Positions 41,596-50,234 are shown, counted from the first letter of the stretch. The stretch is DNA of 64,000 bases from an uncultured Bacteroidales bacterium (GCA_903959905.1 CAJBYO010000005.1:148674-212673), one strand, 5' to 3'. Program-made: numbers and translations. Notes: a model not told the origin generated them from the sequence alone.

Positions 41596-43734
41596 TCAGA
41601 TATTATAATAGCGAATCAGGGTGATGTATACGGAATAAACCAGTGTTAGGATACAAAACAAGGTAATAAAAAGGTAAAGTGCCTTATTGAAAAGCTGCTC
41701 ATTCTCCACGATTTCCTGCAGAATGACCGGTTTTCCCCTGGCTTTTGCATTGTTGAATTCTTTTCGGCGGATACTGAAAAGAATGTTCAGTTTCGGATTG
41801 ATATACCCGTTGTAAAACAGCATGAAAATCAGGGGGGCCATCGGAATGAAGTACCGACCCTGGACCCCGAAAACCTGGTCGCGACCGGGGCGGGTGGCAT
41901 AAACAAACATGGCAGTGTGTATGATGAAATACGCTACTGCAAGCAAAAACAGCAGCAGTCCTTTTTTTGTCCACCCAAGGCTGACCCGGGTGCCATGCAG
42001 CGTAAATGCGGCAAAAAGCAACAGGAACAAATATGAATATGTGAGCATTGACGGGAGTTCCACATCTATCCATCCAAGGAGCCCGACAAAACTGTCGAGG
42101 ATATACAAGCCATTTTTGACAAAACCACTTTTAACAATAAGGGCGATATACCCCGGAAAATCGTTGGTGATGGTTCTGATCTGTTCATCGGGCCTGAAAA
42201 GTTGTGCGGTGGCGGTTGCACCTGTGTCGGGCAGGGCGAACTGTGTCGGGGCTTTGGATGAGGAAAGATAATTAACAGCAACTGGTCCGGCTTTGAATAC
42301 TGCCAGCAGAAGTACCACCGCACCAACTGAAATCATGATATACCTGTAAAGTTTCCCGAATTTCCGCGGAGGGATAAAAAAGAAAAGAAGGCCCAGGATA
42401 AAATACGGGGGTTTGCACAACAGGAGCAACAACACCAGAAGTGCAATGATTGCAAGGTCTTTGATGCCCAGATCCCTTTCACAAGCCCATGCGTAGTAAA
42501 AGAATACGGCGATGGTGATGAAAGAAAGGCTGACTGTGAGGCTGTCGTAAGAAAGAGATCCGAACAGGAAAAGTGTTTTTGGCATCAGGGCCAGCAGCAG
42601 GAATAACCATTTAAACTCCGGGATGATCCGGATGGCAAAGAACATGATAATAATGGATATCAGCAGGTTGAAAATTCGGCCAAGGTACATCAGTACCAGC
42701 GGTGACGAATTAAACAGCTTCCCCAGCATGATACCCAGCGCCTGTGGCAGATAAGGCAGGGTATAGGCCGGCGGTGTAATAGTGGCTCTCTTTGCAGGTT
42801 CAAGCCTTGTTCCAAGGTGTTTTTTTATCTCCGCCATGCTGGTTTTTTCTCCGGCTGAAAAGTGCAGGTCCTGGAAGGCCGAATCAAGCATTAAGATTGA
42901 TACAGGGCCTGTTTTCTCCTGGCTGAATATGCGGAACTCGGATATCTCAAAGGAACGCTGGAAGTGGCTGCCTTCATCGGGAACCTGCAGTGGAGGCGTG
43001 ATGAAGGTGAATATCATGGAAACAGGAACGGCAATGGCAAGAAAGATCCATTCGGGGCGGATTGAGATGCGCGCCAGGGCTGCCTTTATCTGGCTGTACC
43101 AGATGATTAGGCAGGCAATAATTGTCCCGAGGAGGTAGAGAAACACTTTCATGAGCCAGAACTGGCTGTTGTCGGTCTCATACGTTCTGATCATCAGGCT
43201 TCCGCTGAAGACCTGTGTCCTGGTTTTTACTGATCCGATCAGGTCATTATCAATGACTTTTGATACGTACAGTGCGCCAATTGAATCTGTTTTATTGACC
43301 AGGAGTGAGGCCGTGTTATCTGCGGTGCCGTCGTTGGAGAAAACAGAGATGTAAACGTGTTTTCCTTTTCCGACAAATACCGATTTGTCAAAAAGGAAGG
43401 GCGTCATATCTCCTTCTTTTACATCAGCGGAGGAGAAGGTTCTTTTCCAAACAGTCTGGTAGTCGGCATTGAGCAGCAGAATGGTATTTTCATTTGTATT
43501 GTTTCTGCCGTTGTGGGTAAATATTACTTCAACTCCGCTTATGTAGTCTTTTGTTGCAGTGAACTCCTGGGTGACGATCAGCCCCTTGATGAGGCCTCCG
43601 AGGATGCCTGCTGTGCGTGACTGAGTTGACCGGGTGGGTGTTGTTGAAGCCTGGTTTATCCGGATCAGGGTAATGACAACAACGGCCAGTATGAAAAACA
43701 GAACACCGGCAATTGTCCTGGTATTTTGACTCAT
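41596..43734 (-). CDS. DUF2142-like polytopic membrane protein (putative GT-C glycosyltransferase) with an extra N-terminal extracytoplasmic domain
   Basis: 712 aa. One N-terminal TM, then a ~170-aa beta-rich domain, then a polytopic region beginning TPPLQVPDEGSHFQRSFEIS (the PDE..H motif I associate with DUF2142). Confidence 0.5.
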   Translation of the reverse strand: MSQNTRTIAGVLFFILAVVVITLIRINQASTTPTRSTQSRTAGILGGLIKGLIVTQEFTATKDYISGVEVIFTHNGRNNTNENTILLLNADYQTVWKRTFSSADVKEGDMTPFLFDKSVFVGKGKHVYISVFSNDGTADNTASLLVNKTDSIGALYVSKVIDNDLIGSVKTRTQVFSGSLMIRTYETDNSQFWLMKVFLYLLGTIIACLIIWYSQIKAALARISIRPEWIFLAIAVPVSMIFTFITPPLQVPDEGSHFQRSFEISEFRIFSQEKTGPVSILMLDSAFQDLHFSAGEKTSMAEIKKHLGTRLEPAKRATITPPAYTLPYLPQALGIMLGKLFNSSPLVLMYLGRIFNLLISIIIMFFAIRIIPEFKWLFLLLALMPKTLFLFGSLSYDSLTVSLSFITIAVFFYYAWACERDLGIKDLAIIALLVLLLLLCKPPYFILGLLFFFIPPRKFGKLYRYIMISVGAVVLLLAVFKAGPVAVNYLSSSKAPTQFALPDTGATATAQLFRPDEQIRTITNDFPGYIALIVKSGFVKNGLYILDSFVGLLGWIDVELPSMLTYSYLFLLLFAAFTLHGTRVSLGWTKKGLLLFLLAVAYFIIHTAMFVYATRPGRDQVFGVQGRYFIPMAPLIFMLFYNGYINPKLNILFSIRRKEFNNAKARGKPVILQEIVENEQLFNKALYLFITLFCILTLVYSVYITLIRYYNI

Positions 43735-43909
43735 TATATGATTTAAAAAGTTATATTACAGATAAATACAGTCAAATTTGACCGTATTTTGCCGGTTACA
43801 AAACCAGGCGGATATTTGCAAAATTGAGAAAATTATTCATAAATATGAAAAAAAGTTCTGTTTTGCGTATTACCTTTTGACCCCTAACCCGATTAAGCAT
43901 GAAAATGAG

Positions 43910-43917
43910 TACTTTTG
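43910..43917 (+). promoter_or_regulatory. Putative -7 promoter box (TAnnTTTG) for ssb
   Basis: TACTTTTG at 43910-43917, 32 nt upstream of the ssb ATG. Confidence 0.4.
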
Positions 43918-43948
43918 TTCACGGAGTTTTTAACTTAAATTTTTTATC

Positions 43949-44380
43949 ATGGCAACTGGAGTTAACAAGGTGATTCTGATCGGCAATCTGGGACGGGATC
44001 CGGAGGTTCAAAATTTCGAAAACGGTGTAAAAAAGGCGGCTTTTACGCTCGCAACCACCGAAGCTTACAAGGGAAAAGACGGAGAAAGGGCGACGCATAC
44101 CGAGTGGCATAACATTGTGATGTGGCGTGGCCTTGCTGATGTAGCTGAACGCTTCCTGAAAAAAGGCAGCACGATCTACGTTGAAGGCAGAATCCGCAAA
44201 CGCGAATATGAAGACAAGGAGGGCCAGAAAAAGTTTATTTATGAGATTCTGGGCGATGTGATGCAGATGCTTGGCGGTGGCCCGCGCAAAGATGAGGGCA
44301 CCGGTGCCCCGGTGGCGGGAGAGATCCACAAAGATGAAGGTTTGCCGGCGAATACTCCGGATGACGATCTGCCGTTCTAA
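43949..44380 (+). CDS. ssb: Single-stranded DNA-binding protein
   Basis: OB-fold N-terminus VNKVILIGNLGRDPEV, TEWHNIV, and the acidic C-terminal tip DDDLPF. Confidence 0.95.
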   Translation: MATGVNKVILIGNLGRDPEVQNFENGVKKAAFTLATTEAYKGKDGERATHTEWHNIVMWRGLADVAERFLKKGSTIYVEGRIRKREYEDKEGQKKFIYEILGDVMQMLGGGPRKDEGTGAPVAGEIHKDEGLPANTPDDDLPF

Positions 44381-44418
44381 TAGAAAGTAGCGAAGTGGCG
44401 AGGTGGCGAAACAGTGAA
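44379..44418 (+). repeat. Tandem octamer word array (5 units, in phase) starting inside the ssb stop codon
   Basis: aatagaaa gtagcgaa gtggcgag gtggcgaa acagtgaa, strict 8-nt phase. Shares the exact word gtagcgaa with the array at 59200-59247. Confidence 0.75.
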
Positions 44419-44458
44419 ATTCTGTCACCTTGCCATCTCGGTACCTCAATTTTTTCAA

Positions 44459-45070
44459 ATGAGGATTTTACCGTTTTTCTTTCTTCTTATCCTGCTGATG
44501 TCATCCTGCAGTGAAAACTACACCCCGAAGCCGCGGGGTTATTTCAGGATTGACCTGCCTGAAAGATCATACCGCATATTTGATACAACTTATCCGTATA
44601 CTTTTGAATATCCGGTCTATTCGGCTATTTCCATCGACAGCACAAGAATGGCTGAGCCTTTCTGGATTAACATCAGCTATAAACCTTTCAATGCCACCCT
44701 TCATTTCAGCTATAAAGCAATCAACGGGAACCTTGCAGAGTACCTTGATGATGCACACACGCTGGTGAATAAACACATTCCAAAGGCAAATGCGATCACA
44801 CAAAGAGAATATGCAGACCCGGCCCACCGGGTTTTTGGCCTTGTTTATGATATCCGCGGGGCCGATGCAGCGTCACCTTACCAGTTTTACCTGACCGACA
44901 GCATAGCCAACTTCGCCAGGGGGGCATTGTATTTCAACCGTGTCCCGAATAACGATTCACTGGCCCCTGTCATCGAATTCTTAAAAGCCGACTTGGAGCG
45001 CATGATCAGCACATTCAGGTGGAAAAGTACAGGTAACCAGGTTTCTGTAAAATATAAAACCAAACACTAA
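44459..45070 (+). CDS. gldD: GldD-like gliding-motility lipoprotein
   Basis: Lipoprotein signal MRILPFFFLLILLMSSC, then the PKPRGYFRIDLPERSY pattern I recall for GldD. The ssb-proximal context is seen in Flavobacteriia. The ATG at 44459 is preferred over the GTG at 44414. Confidence 0.55.
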   Translation: MRILPFFFLLILLMSSCSENYTPKPRGYFRIDLPERSYRIFDTTYPYTFEYPVYSAISIDSTRMAEPFWINISYKPFNATLHFSYKAINGNLAEYLDDAHTLVNKHIPKANAITQREYADPAHRVFGLVYDIRGADAASPYQFYLTDSIANFARGALYFNRVPNNDSLAPVIEFLKADLERMISTFRWKSTGNQVSVKYKTKH

Positions 45071-45096
45071 AGCGCAGTGGCGCAAAAAACTGATCA

Positions 45097-47517
45097 ATGA
45101 AAGGAATAATTCTGCTTTTTTGTTCACTGTTACTGACTTTTCAGGTTAACGCGCAAAGTTCGGCATGGTCGGAGGTGAAGGTTCACAACGGACGCCAGGG
45201 GATTGACCAACTGGCGCGAATGGGCCTTGCCGTGGAGGACGGGTTTTATGATAAAGACGGAACATGGACAACAATTTTATCGGCCAGGGAACTTGCAAAA
45301 ATCAACCAGGCAGGATTCATTACGGAAATTCTTCATGCCGATTATTCAAATTTTATTGCCGGCCGGAATCAATCGACACCCGACCTGGTGAACTACATCA
45401 ACAATCACAAAATTGAATTCAACAGTCCGGATGTAAGCAACTACACAGTTCCCCAGCATTTTCACCTTGGCTCCATGGGCGGTTACCTTACTTTACAGGA
45501 GGTTCTTAACGAGCTGGACAGCATGCGTTTACACTATCCAAACCTTATCTCTGCAAAGCAAACTGCAGGTGGTCAGAGCACCAATGAAAATCGTTGGATC
45601 TTTTATGCGCGGATATCTAATACTCCAAACCAGGTGACCGAAAAGCCTAAGATCATGTACAATGCCCTGACGCATGCACGTGAGCCCATGGGGATGCAGC
45701 AACTGATTTTTTATATGTGGTATTTGCTGGAGAATTACAATACCAGTGATGAGGTAAAGTACCTGGTCGACAACCTGGAGCTGTATTTCATCCCGGTGGT
45801 GAATCCCGACGGGTATGAGTATAACCATGCCAGTTACCCGAACGGCGGGGGGCAGTGGAGGAAAAACCGCAGGGTTAACGGTGGCGGGGAATATGGTGTG
45901 GACCTGAACCGCAATTTTGGGTATAAATGGGGTTTTGACGACAACGGGTCATCGCCGTACCCCTCTGATGAAACCTACCGCGGAACTATTCCATTTTCTG
46001 AACCTGAAACACAGATTATCCGCGACTTCTGCACCGAAATCGTGTGCAAAGTATCATTGGGCTACCATACCTACAGCGATTATACCCTTTATCCATGGTG
46101 TTATCAAACCGTGGATTCGCCCGACAGTGCCCTCTTTACCACCTATGCAAGCTATCTGACGAGGCAAAACGGGTACCTCACCGGCCTGCCCGGACAAATT
46201 CTCTACAATACCAACGGTGATGCCCTTGACTGGCAGTATGGCGATACCATTACAAAGCCAAAGGTTATTTGTTTCACTTCCGAAATCGGCACCCAGTCTG
46301 ATGGGTTCTGGCCATTTCCCAACAGGATCATTGCACTCTCCCAGGAAAACATGTACTCAAACCTGATGATCGCCCATTTTGCGCTTCACTATGCAGAGGC
46401 ACAGGACCAATCGCCCGTGATCCTTTCAAGCAGGCAGGGATATTTCAAATTTGACCTCAGGCGCTTAGGCATGGAGGGTGGCGCCAATTATACAGTGTCA
46501 CTTCAACCGCTGGATAATGACCAGTTTGTAAACGTTGGCGGCCCCAAATCATTCATCAATCCTGTCCAACTGCAACCTGTTCATGATTCAATAGCCTATT
46601 TGCTTAAGCCCGGAGTTACTTCCGGCGACGTGATCCGGTTTGTATATGAAGTTAACACAGGGGAGTACATATACCGCGACACTGTGACAAAGTATTATGG
46701 CCCCCCGATTGTCATTTTCACCGACAGCGCTTCAACCATGGCCAACTGGAGCTCTGCAAAATGGAATGTGACCACTTCGCAGTACTATTCACCCCCCGGG
46801 TGTATTACAGATTCACCCTCAGGAAATTACAGTACAAACACAAATGCAACCATTTCCCTGGTCAATGGCCTCAACCTGCTGAACTCGCCGGTTGCAGTTA
46901 TCAATTACATGGCAAAATGGAAAACCGAGAAGGGTTATGATTACGTTCAGTTCAACCTTTCAGGCAACGGCGGGCCATGGACGCCACAGAAGGGAAAGTA
47001 TACCAAGACCGGTTTTTACCTGGAAGCAGCACAACAACCCCTCTACGACGGTTACCAGCCTGCATGGGTAAAGGAGCAGATTGTCACTACCGACTTCACA
47101 AACAGAACCATGAAGATGCAATTCGTGCTTAAAAGCGACGCAGGGTTGAATTATGACGGGTTTTATTTTGATGATGTTACAGTTACCGTGGTTGATATGA
47201 CAAAGGTTGGCATTGCTGAAGTATCCGCAGGCGGTATGAAAATATCTGATCCTGTTCCCAACCCGGCATCCGGAGCGGTCATGATCCGGTATGAGTTACC
47301 GGCAGGTGATATTGCCCCTGTTGATTTACGAGGGGCAACGCTCATACTCACTGATTCACGTGGCGTTACCACAGGGAAATTCGCACTTGCTCCAAACCGG
47401 AAAAGTATTTCATTCAATGTAAATGATCTTGCATCCGGCATCTATTTTTACAGGATAATTGGTACCTTTGGCATGACGGAAGTCAGAAAACTTGTGATTG
47501 TTCATTCATCCATGTAA
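45097..47517 (+). CDS. M14-family zinc carboxypeptidase with T9SS C-terminal sorting domain
   Basis: Signal peptide. M14 blocks HAREPMG, NPDGYEY and the DLNRNF region. The C-terminal ~80 aa, ..ASGIYFYRIIGTFGMTEVRKLVIV, is typical of Por/T9SS CTDs. Confidence 0.8.
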   Translation: MKGIILLFCSLLLTFQVNAQSSAWSEVKVHNGRQGIDQLARMGLAVEDGFYDKDGTWTTILSARELAKINQAGFITEILHADYSNFIAGRNQSTPDLVNYINNHKIEFNSPDVSNYTVPQHFHLGSMGGYLTLQEVLNELDSMRLHYPNLISAKQTAGGQSTNENRWIFYARISNTPNQVTEKPKIMYNALTHAREPMGMQQLIFYMWYLLENYNTSDEVKYLVDNLELYFIPVVNPDGYEYNHASYPNGGGQWRKNRRVNGGGEYGVDLNRNFGYKWGFDDNGSSPYPSDETYRGTIPFSEPETQIIRDFCTEIVCKVSLGYHTYSDYTLYPWCYQTVDSPDSALFTTYASYLTRQNGYLTGLPGQILYNTNGDALDWQYGDTITKPKVICFTSEIGTQSDGFWPFPNRIIALSQENMYSNLMIAHFALHYAEAQDQSPVILSSRQGYFKFDLRRLGMEGGANYTVSLQPLDNDQFVNVGGPKSFINPVQLQPVHDSIAYLLKPGVTSGDVIRFVYEVNTGEYIYRDTVTKYYGPPIVIFTDSASTMANWSSAKWNVTTSQYYSPPGCITDSPSGNYSTNTNATISLVNGLNLLNSPVAVINYMAKWKTEKGYDYVQFNLSGNGGPWTPQKGKYTKTGFYLEAAQQPLYDGYQPAWVKEQIVTTDFTNRTMKMQFVLKSDAGLNYDGFYFDDVTVTVVDMTKVGIAEVSAGGMKISDPVPNPASGAVMIRYELPAGDIAPVDLRGATLILTDSRGVTTGKFALAPNRKSISFNVNDLASGIYFYRIIGTFGMTEVRKLVIVHSSM

Positions 47518-47523
47518 CAGCCT

Positions 47524-48435
47524 GTGATTGAAACCATAAAATTCGGCACATTGAAATGGTCGCATATCGTGCGGCCCACCGAAGATGACCTTCTGGCACT
47601 GAAGGACCGTTATCATTTCCACCCGCTTGACCTGGAGGACTGCCGTACGGAGGTGAATCTCCGCCCCAAAATAGATATTTACGATGACTATCATTTCATC
47701 ATTCTCCACTTTCCCGATTTCGGCGTTACTGAGCAATTTGTTGAAATCCGGGAAATAAAGTTTTTCTGGGGTAAAGACTACCTGATAAGCATTGCCAAGT
47801 CGCAGTGGATGCTTAAAGACCTGTTTAACCGTGAGAAAGCCAAATCACCGACATCAGGGCGGATGGAGGTTGGAAGCAGCGACACCCTGTTCTACGAGAT
47901 CCTTGATCACCTGATGAAAGATACCCAGCGGCTGGTTGAGCGCGTTGATAAAGATGTGGATGACTGCGGCAAGTCACTTTTTGCAAGAAAGGCGGAGTCA
48001 ACGATTGAGAAAATTTCCATGACCCGCAAGAATGTCATCCTGCTCAATACCATGTTCAAACCGCAGATGGTGCTCTTCAATAAGCTTCAAAGCGGTGTTA
48101 TTGAAGGATTTGCTGAAAACATGGAAGACTACTGGGGGAATATCATGGACTACTATCAGAAGATCTGGGATATGGTGGAGGATGACGGTGAATTGATCAA
48201 AGGCTATTCGCTGACTTTTGACTCGCTCCAGGTGAACAAAACCAACGAGGTGATGAAAATCCTGACGCTTGTCTCGTCTGTGCTTCTCCCGCTGACATTT
48301 ATCGCCAGCCTTTACGGCATGAATATCAAACTTCCGATCCAGGACCACGCTTATTCGTTCGCCATCGTTTCAAGCGTGATGGTTGGCATTGCCGTCGTGA
48401 TGTTCCTGTATTTTAAAATCAAGAAATGGATGTAA
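47524..48435 (+). CDS. corA: CorA-family magnesium/cobalt transporter
   Basis: GTG start. C-terminal two TM helices with the YGMN signature (LYGMNIKLP). Confidence 0.85.
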   Translation: MIETIKFGTLKWSHIVRPTEDDLLALKDRYHFHPLDLEDCRTEVNLRPKIDIYDDYHFIILHFPDFGVTEQFVEIREIKFFWGKDYLISIAKSQWMLKDLFNREKAKSPTSGRMEVGSSDTLFYEILDHLMKDTQRLVERVDKDVDDCGKSLFARKAESTIEKISMTRKNVILLNTMFKPQMVLFNKLQSGVIEGFAENMEDYWGNIMDYYQKIWDMVEDDGELIKGYSLTFDSLQVNKTNEVMKILTLVSSVLLPLTFIASLYGMNIKLPIQDHAYSFAIVSSVMVGIAVVMFLYFKIKKWM

Positions 48436-48441
48436 CGGGGG

Positions 48442-49584
48442 TCAGGAATCCTCCCGGTTCATGACATCTATCTGGCGCTGTATGCCTTCCTCATGAACAT
48501 CTTCCAGCAATTTCAGGATAAATTCACGGCTTAAACCCAGTCTGATCCCGTTCTCAATGCGGTCCTGCGTTAGCTGGCTCCATCTTTTCAACTGCAGGAT
48601 CGTAATTTTGTTCAGCTTTTTATAGAGTCCGATCTCTTCAATTACATTCATCCTTCTCGCCAGGATATCAATCAGTTCTTCGTCGAGCTTGTCAATTTCC
48701 GAGCGCAATTCTTCCAGTTTTGAGGAGAAACCACTGTTGTCGGATTCCTGCCGGATGATCAGCTTATCAACGAATTCCTGAAGCTGGGCCGGTGTAACCT
48801 GCTGGTTTTTATCCGTCAGCGCCCTGGAAGGGTTGCAATGGGCCTCCACCATCAGCCCGTTCATTTCAAGGTCGAGGGCCTTTTGCATGGTGCTGTGCAG
48901 CAATTCCCTGTTTCCGCAGATATGACTGGGGTCGACCAGGATAGGCAGTTCGGGGTATAGTCGTTTTAATTCAATGGGAATTTCCCACATGGGGGCATTC
49001 CTGTATGGCGACCGGTTGAAGAATGAAAATCCGCGATGGACCGCGATCAGCTTGGTTTGTCCCATCCTGTTCAGGCGCTCAATGGCCCCCAGCCAGGTTT
49101 TGAGGTCGGGGTTGAGCGGATTTTTGATCATCACCGGGATTTCACGGTTGCCAATGGCTTCCCCGATCTCCTGAACGGAGAACGGATTGACGACCGTGCG
49201 GGCACCGATCCACAGGATGTCGATGCCATGATCAAGTGCTTCCTGCACGTGTTTGGGGTGTGCTACCTCTACGGTAACGAGCAGCCCCGTTTGTTCCCTG
49301 ACTTTCTGAAGCCATTTGAGTCCCTTGGTGCCAACCCCTTCAAAGGCACCGGGCCGGGTTCTCGGCTTCCAGATTCCTGCCCGGAATACTTTCACCTGGG
49401 GGATGGAAGCAAGCCCGAAAGCCGTTTCCATGACCTGCTCTTCCGTTTCGGCACTGCAAGGACCTGCAATGATCAACGGAACAGATTGGGCTGGAAGCCA
49501 TTCTGCAAGAGGGGTTATATTGAGCGTGGATGCCATTTGCGGCAAAGGTAAGGAATTCAGCTTCGCCAGAATATCAATTTCCAC
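48442..49584 (-). CDS. Bifunctional 3-deoxy-7-phosphoheptulonate (DAHP) synthase / chorismate mutase
   Basis: KDO8PS-like type I-beta DAHPS core (IIAGPCSAETEEQ, VFRAGIWKPRT, DPSH). The C-terminal chorismate mutase type II helices include LRSEIDKLDEELIDILARRMNV. The start may be the internal ATG at 49536 (MASTLNI..), which removes the overlap with the upstream gene. Confidence 0.85.
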   Translation of the reverse strand: MEIDILAKLNSLPLPQMASTLNITPLAEWLPAQSVPLIIAGPCSAETEEQVMETAFGLASIPQVKVFRAGIWKPRTRPGAFEGVGTKGLKWLQKVREQTGLLVTVEVAHPKHVQEALDHGIDILWIGARTVVNPFSVQEIGEAIGNREIPVMIKNPLNPDLKTWLGAIERLNRMGQTKLIAVHRGFSFFNRSPYRNAPMWEIPIELKRLYPELPILVDPSHICGNRELLHSTMQKALDLEMNGLMVEAHCNPSRALTDKNQQVTPAQLQEFVDKLIIRQESDNSGFSSKLEELRSEIDKLDEELIDILARRMNVIEEIGLYKKLNKITILQLKRWSQLTQDRIENGIRLGLSREFILKLLEDVHEEGIQRQIDVMNREDS

Positions 49585-50045
49585 AGATTGGAAAACACTT
49601 TAAGTGCAGAAACAACCATGCCTATGATGAAAGCAATCGGAAGGAACCAGTCAAGCCAGAACAACCCGTGAAAATGGGTGAAATCAAACGGGAAAATGTA
49701 AAACAGCACCATCTGCGTTACGAAACTGGCTGATTCCATCACAATCTGTGAAAAATAGCGTATTGGCGCCAGTCCCGACATGAACATCAGGGCATTTCCG
49801 GCGATCTGAACAATGATGTTCACGTTGAGAATCCAGATCACAACAGAAAAATTATTCTTGATAAAGCCTACGTCCCAGTTCTGAACATTGTTGACGATCC
49901 AGAGGAATAAAAGATTGAAAATGATGGACCCGATGTATTCGCCTTGTCGCGACTTCGCGGCTTTTTCCTTATGCCAGTGCCTTTTGCCATAAGCATCGGC
50001 TTTTTGTGCCCAATTGGGCATGTTTTCGCGGTGATGGTGGTTCAT
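49557..50045 (-). CDS. Hypothetical 4-TM membrane protein
   Basis: 162 aa with a His-rich N-terminus (MNHHHRE) and four hydrophobic segments. No family recognised. Confidence 0.5.
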   Translation of the reverse strand: MNHHHRENMPNWAQKADAYGKRHWHKEKAAKSRQGEYIGSIIFNLLFLWIVNNVQNWDVGFIKNNFSVVIWILNVNIIVQIAGNALMFMSGLAPIRYFSQIVMESASFVTQMVLFYIFPFDFTHFHGLFWLDWFLPIAFIIGMVVSALKVFSNLWKLIFWRS

Positions 50046-50082
50046 AGTTGCGATTTTAATCTCTTTGACGTTGGAATATGGA

Positions 50083-50090
50083 CAAAGTTA
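50083..50090 (-). promoter_or_regulatory. Putative -7 promoter box (TAnnTTTG on minus strand)
   Basis: The plus strand reads caaagtta, which is TAACTTTG on the minus strand, 38 nt upstream of the minus-strand ATG at 50045. Confidence 0.35.
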
Positions 50091-50127
50091 CTGAAACCTT
50101 AATGATCTGGATTTGTAAGGGATAAAA

Positions 50128-50215
50128 AAACCACTAAGGCACGGAGGGCACTAAGAACCACTAAGATATATAATGCCCTTAGTGTTTCTTAGTGAACTTA
50201 GTGCCTCAGTGGTTT
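50128..50215. repeat. 88-nt near-perfect word-array palindrome (CACTAAG words / CTTAGTG inverted words)
   Basis: The outer 15-bp stem aaaccactaaggcac (50128-42) / gtgcctcagtggttt (50201-15) has 1 mismatch. The inner 17-bp stem cactaagaaccactaag (50149-65) / cttagtgtttcttagtg (50178-94) has 1 mismatch. There is a 6x6 internal loop and a 12-nt apical loop. Confidence 0.85.
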
Positions 50216-50234
50216 AAAATTCCTGACATTTCAG

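Noticed and set aside
43919-44458. 179-aa minus-strand ORF overlapping ssb
   Set aside because: It is antisense to an unmistakable SSB (OB fold plus DDDLPF tail). It has no motifs and is extended by the octamer array.
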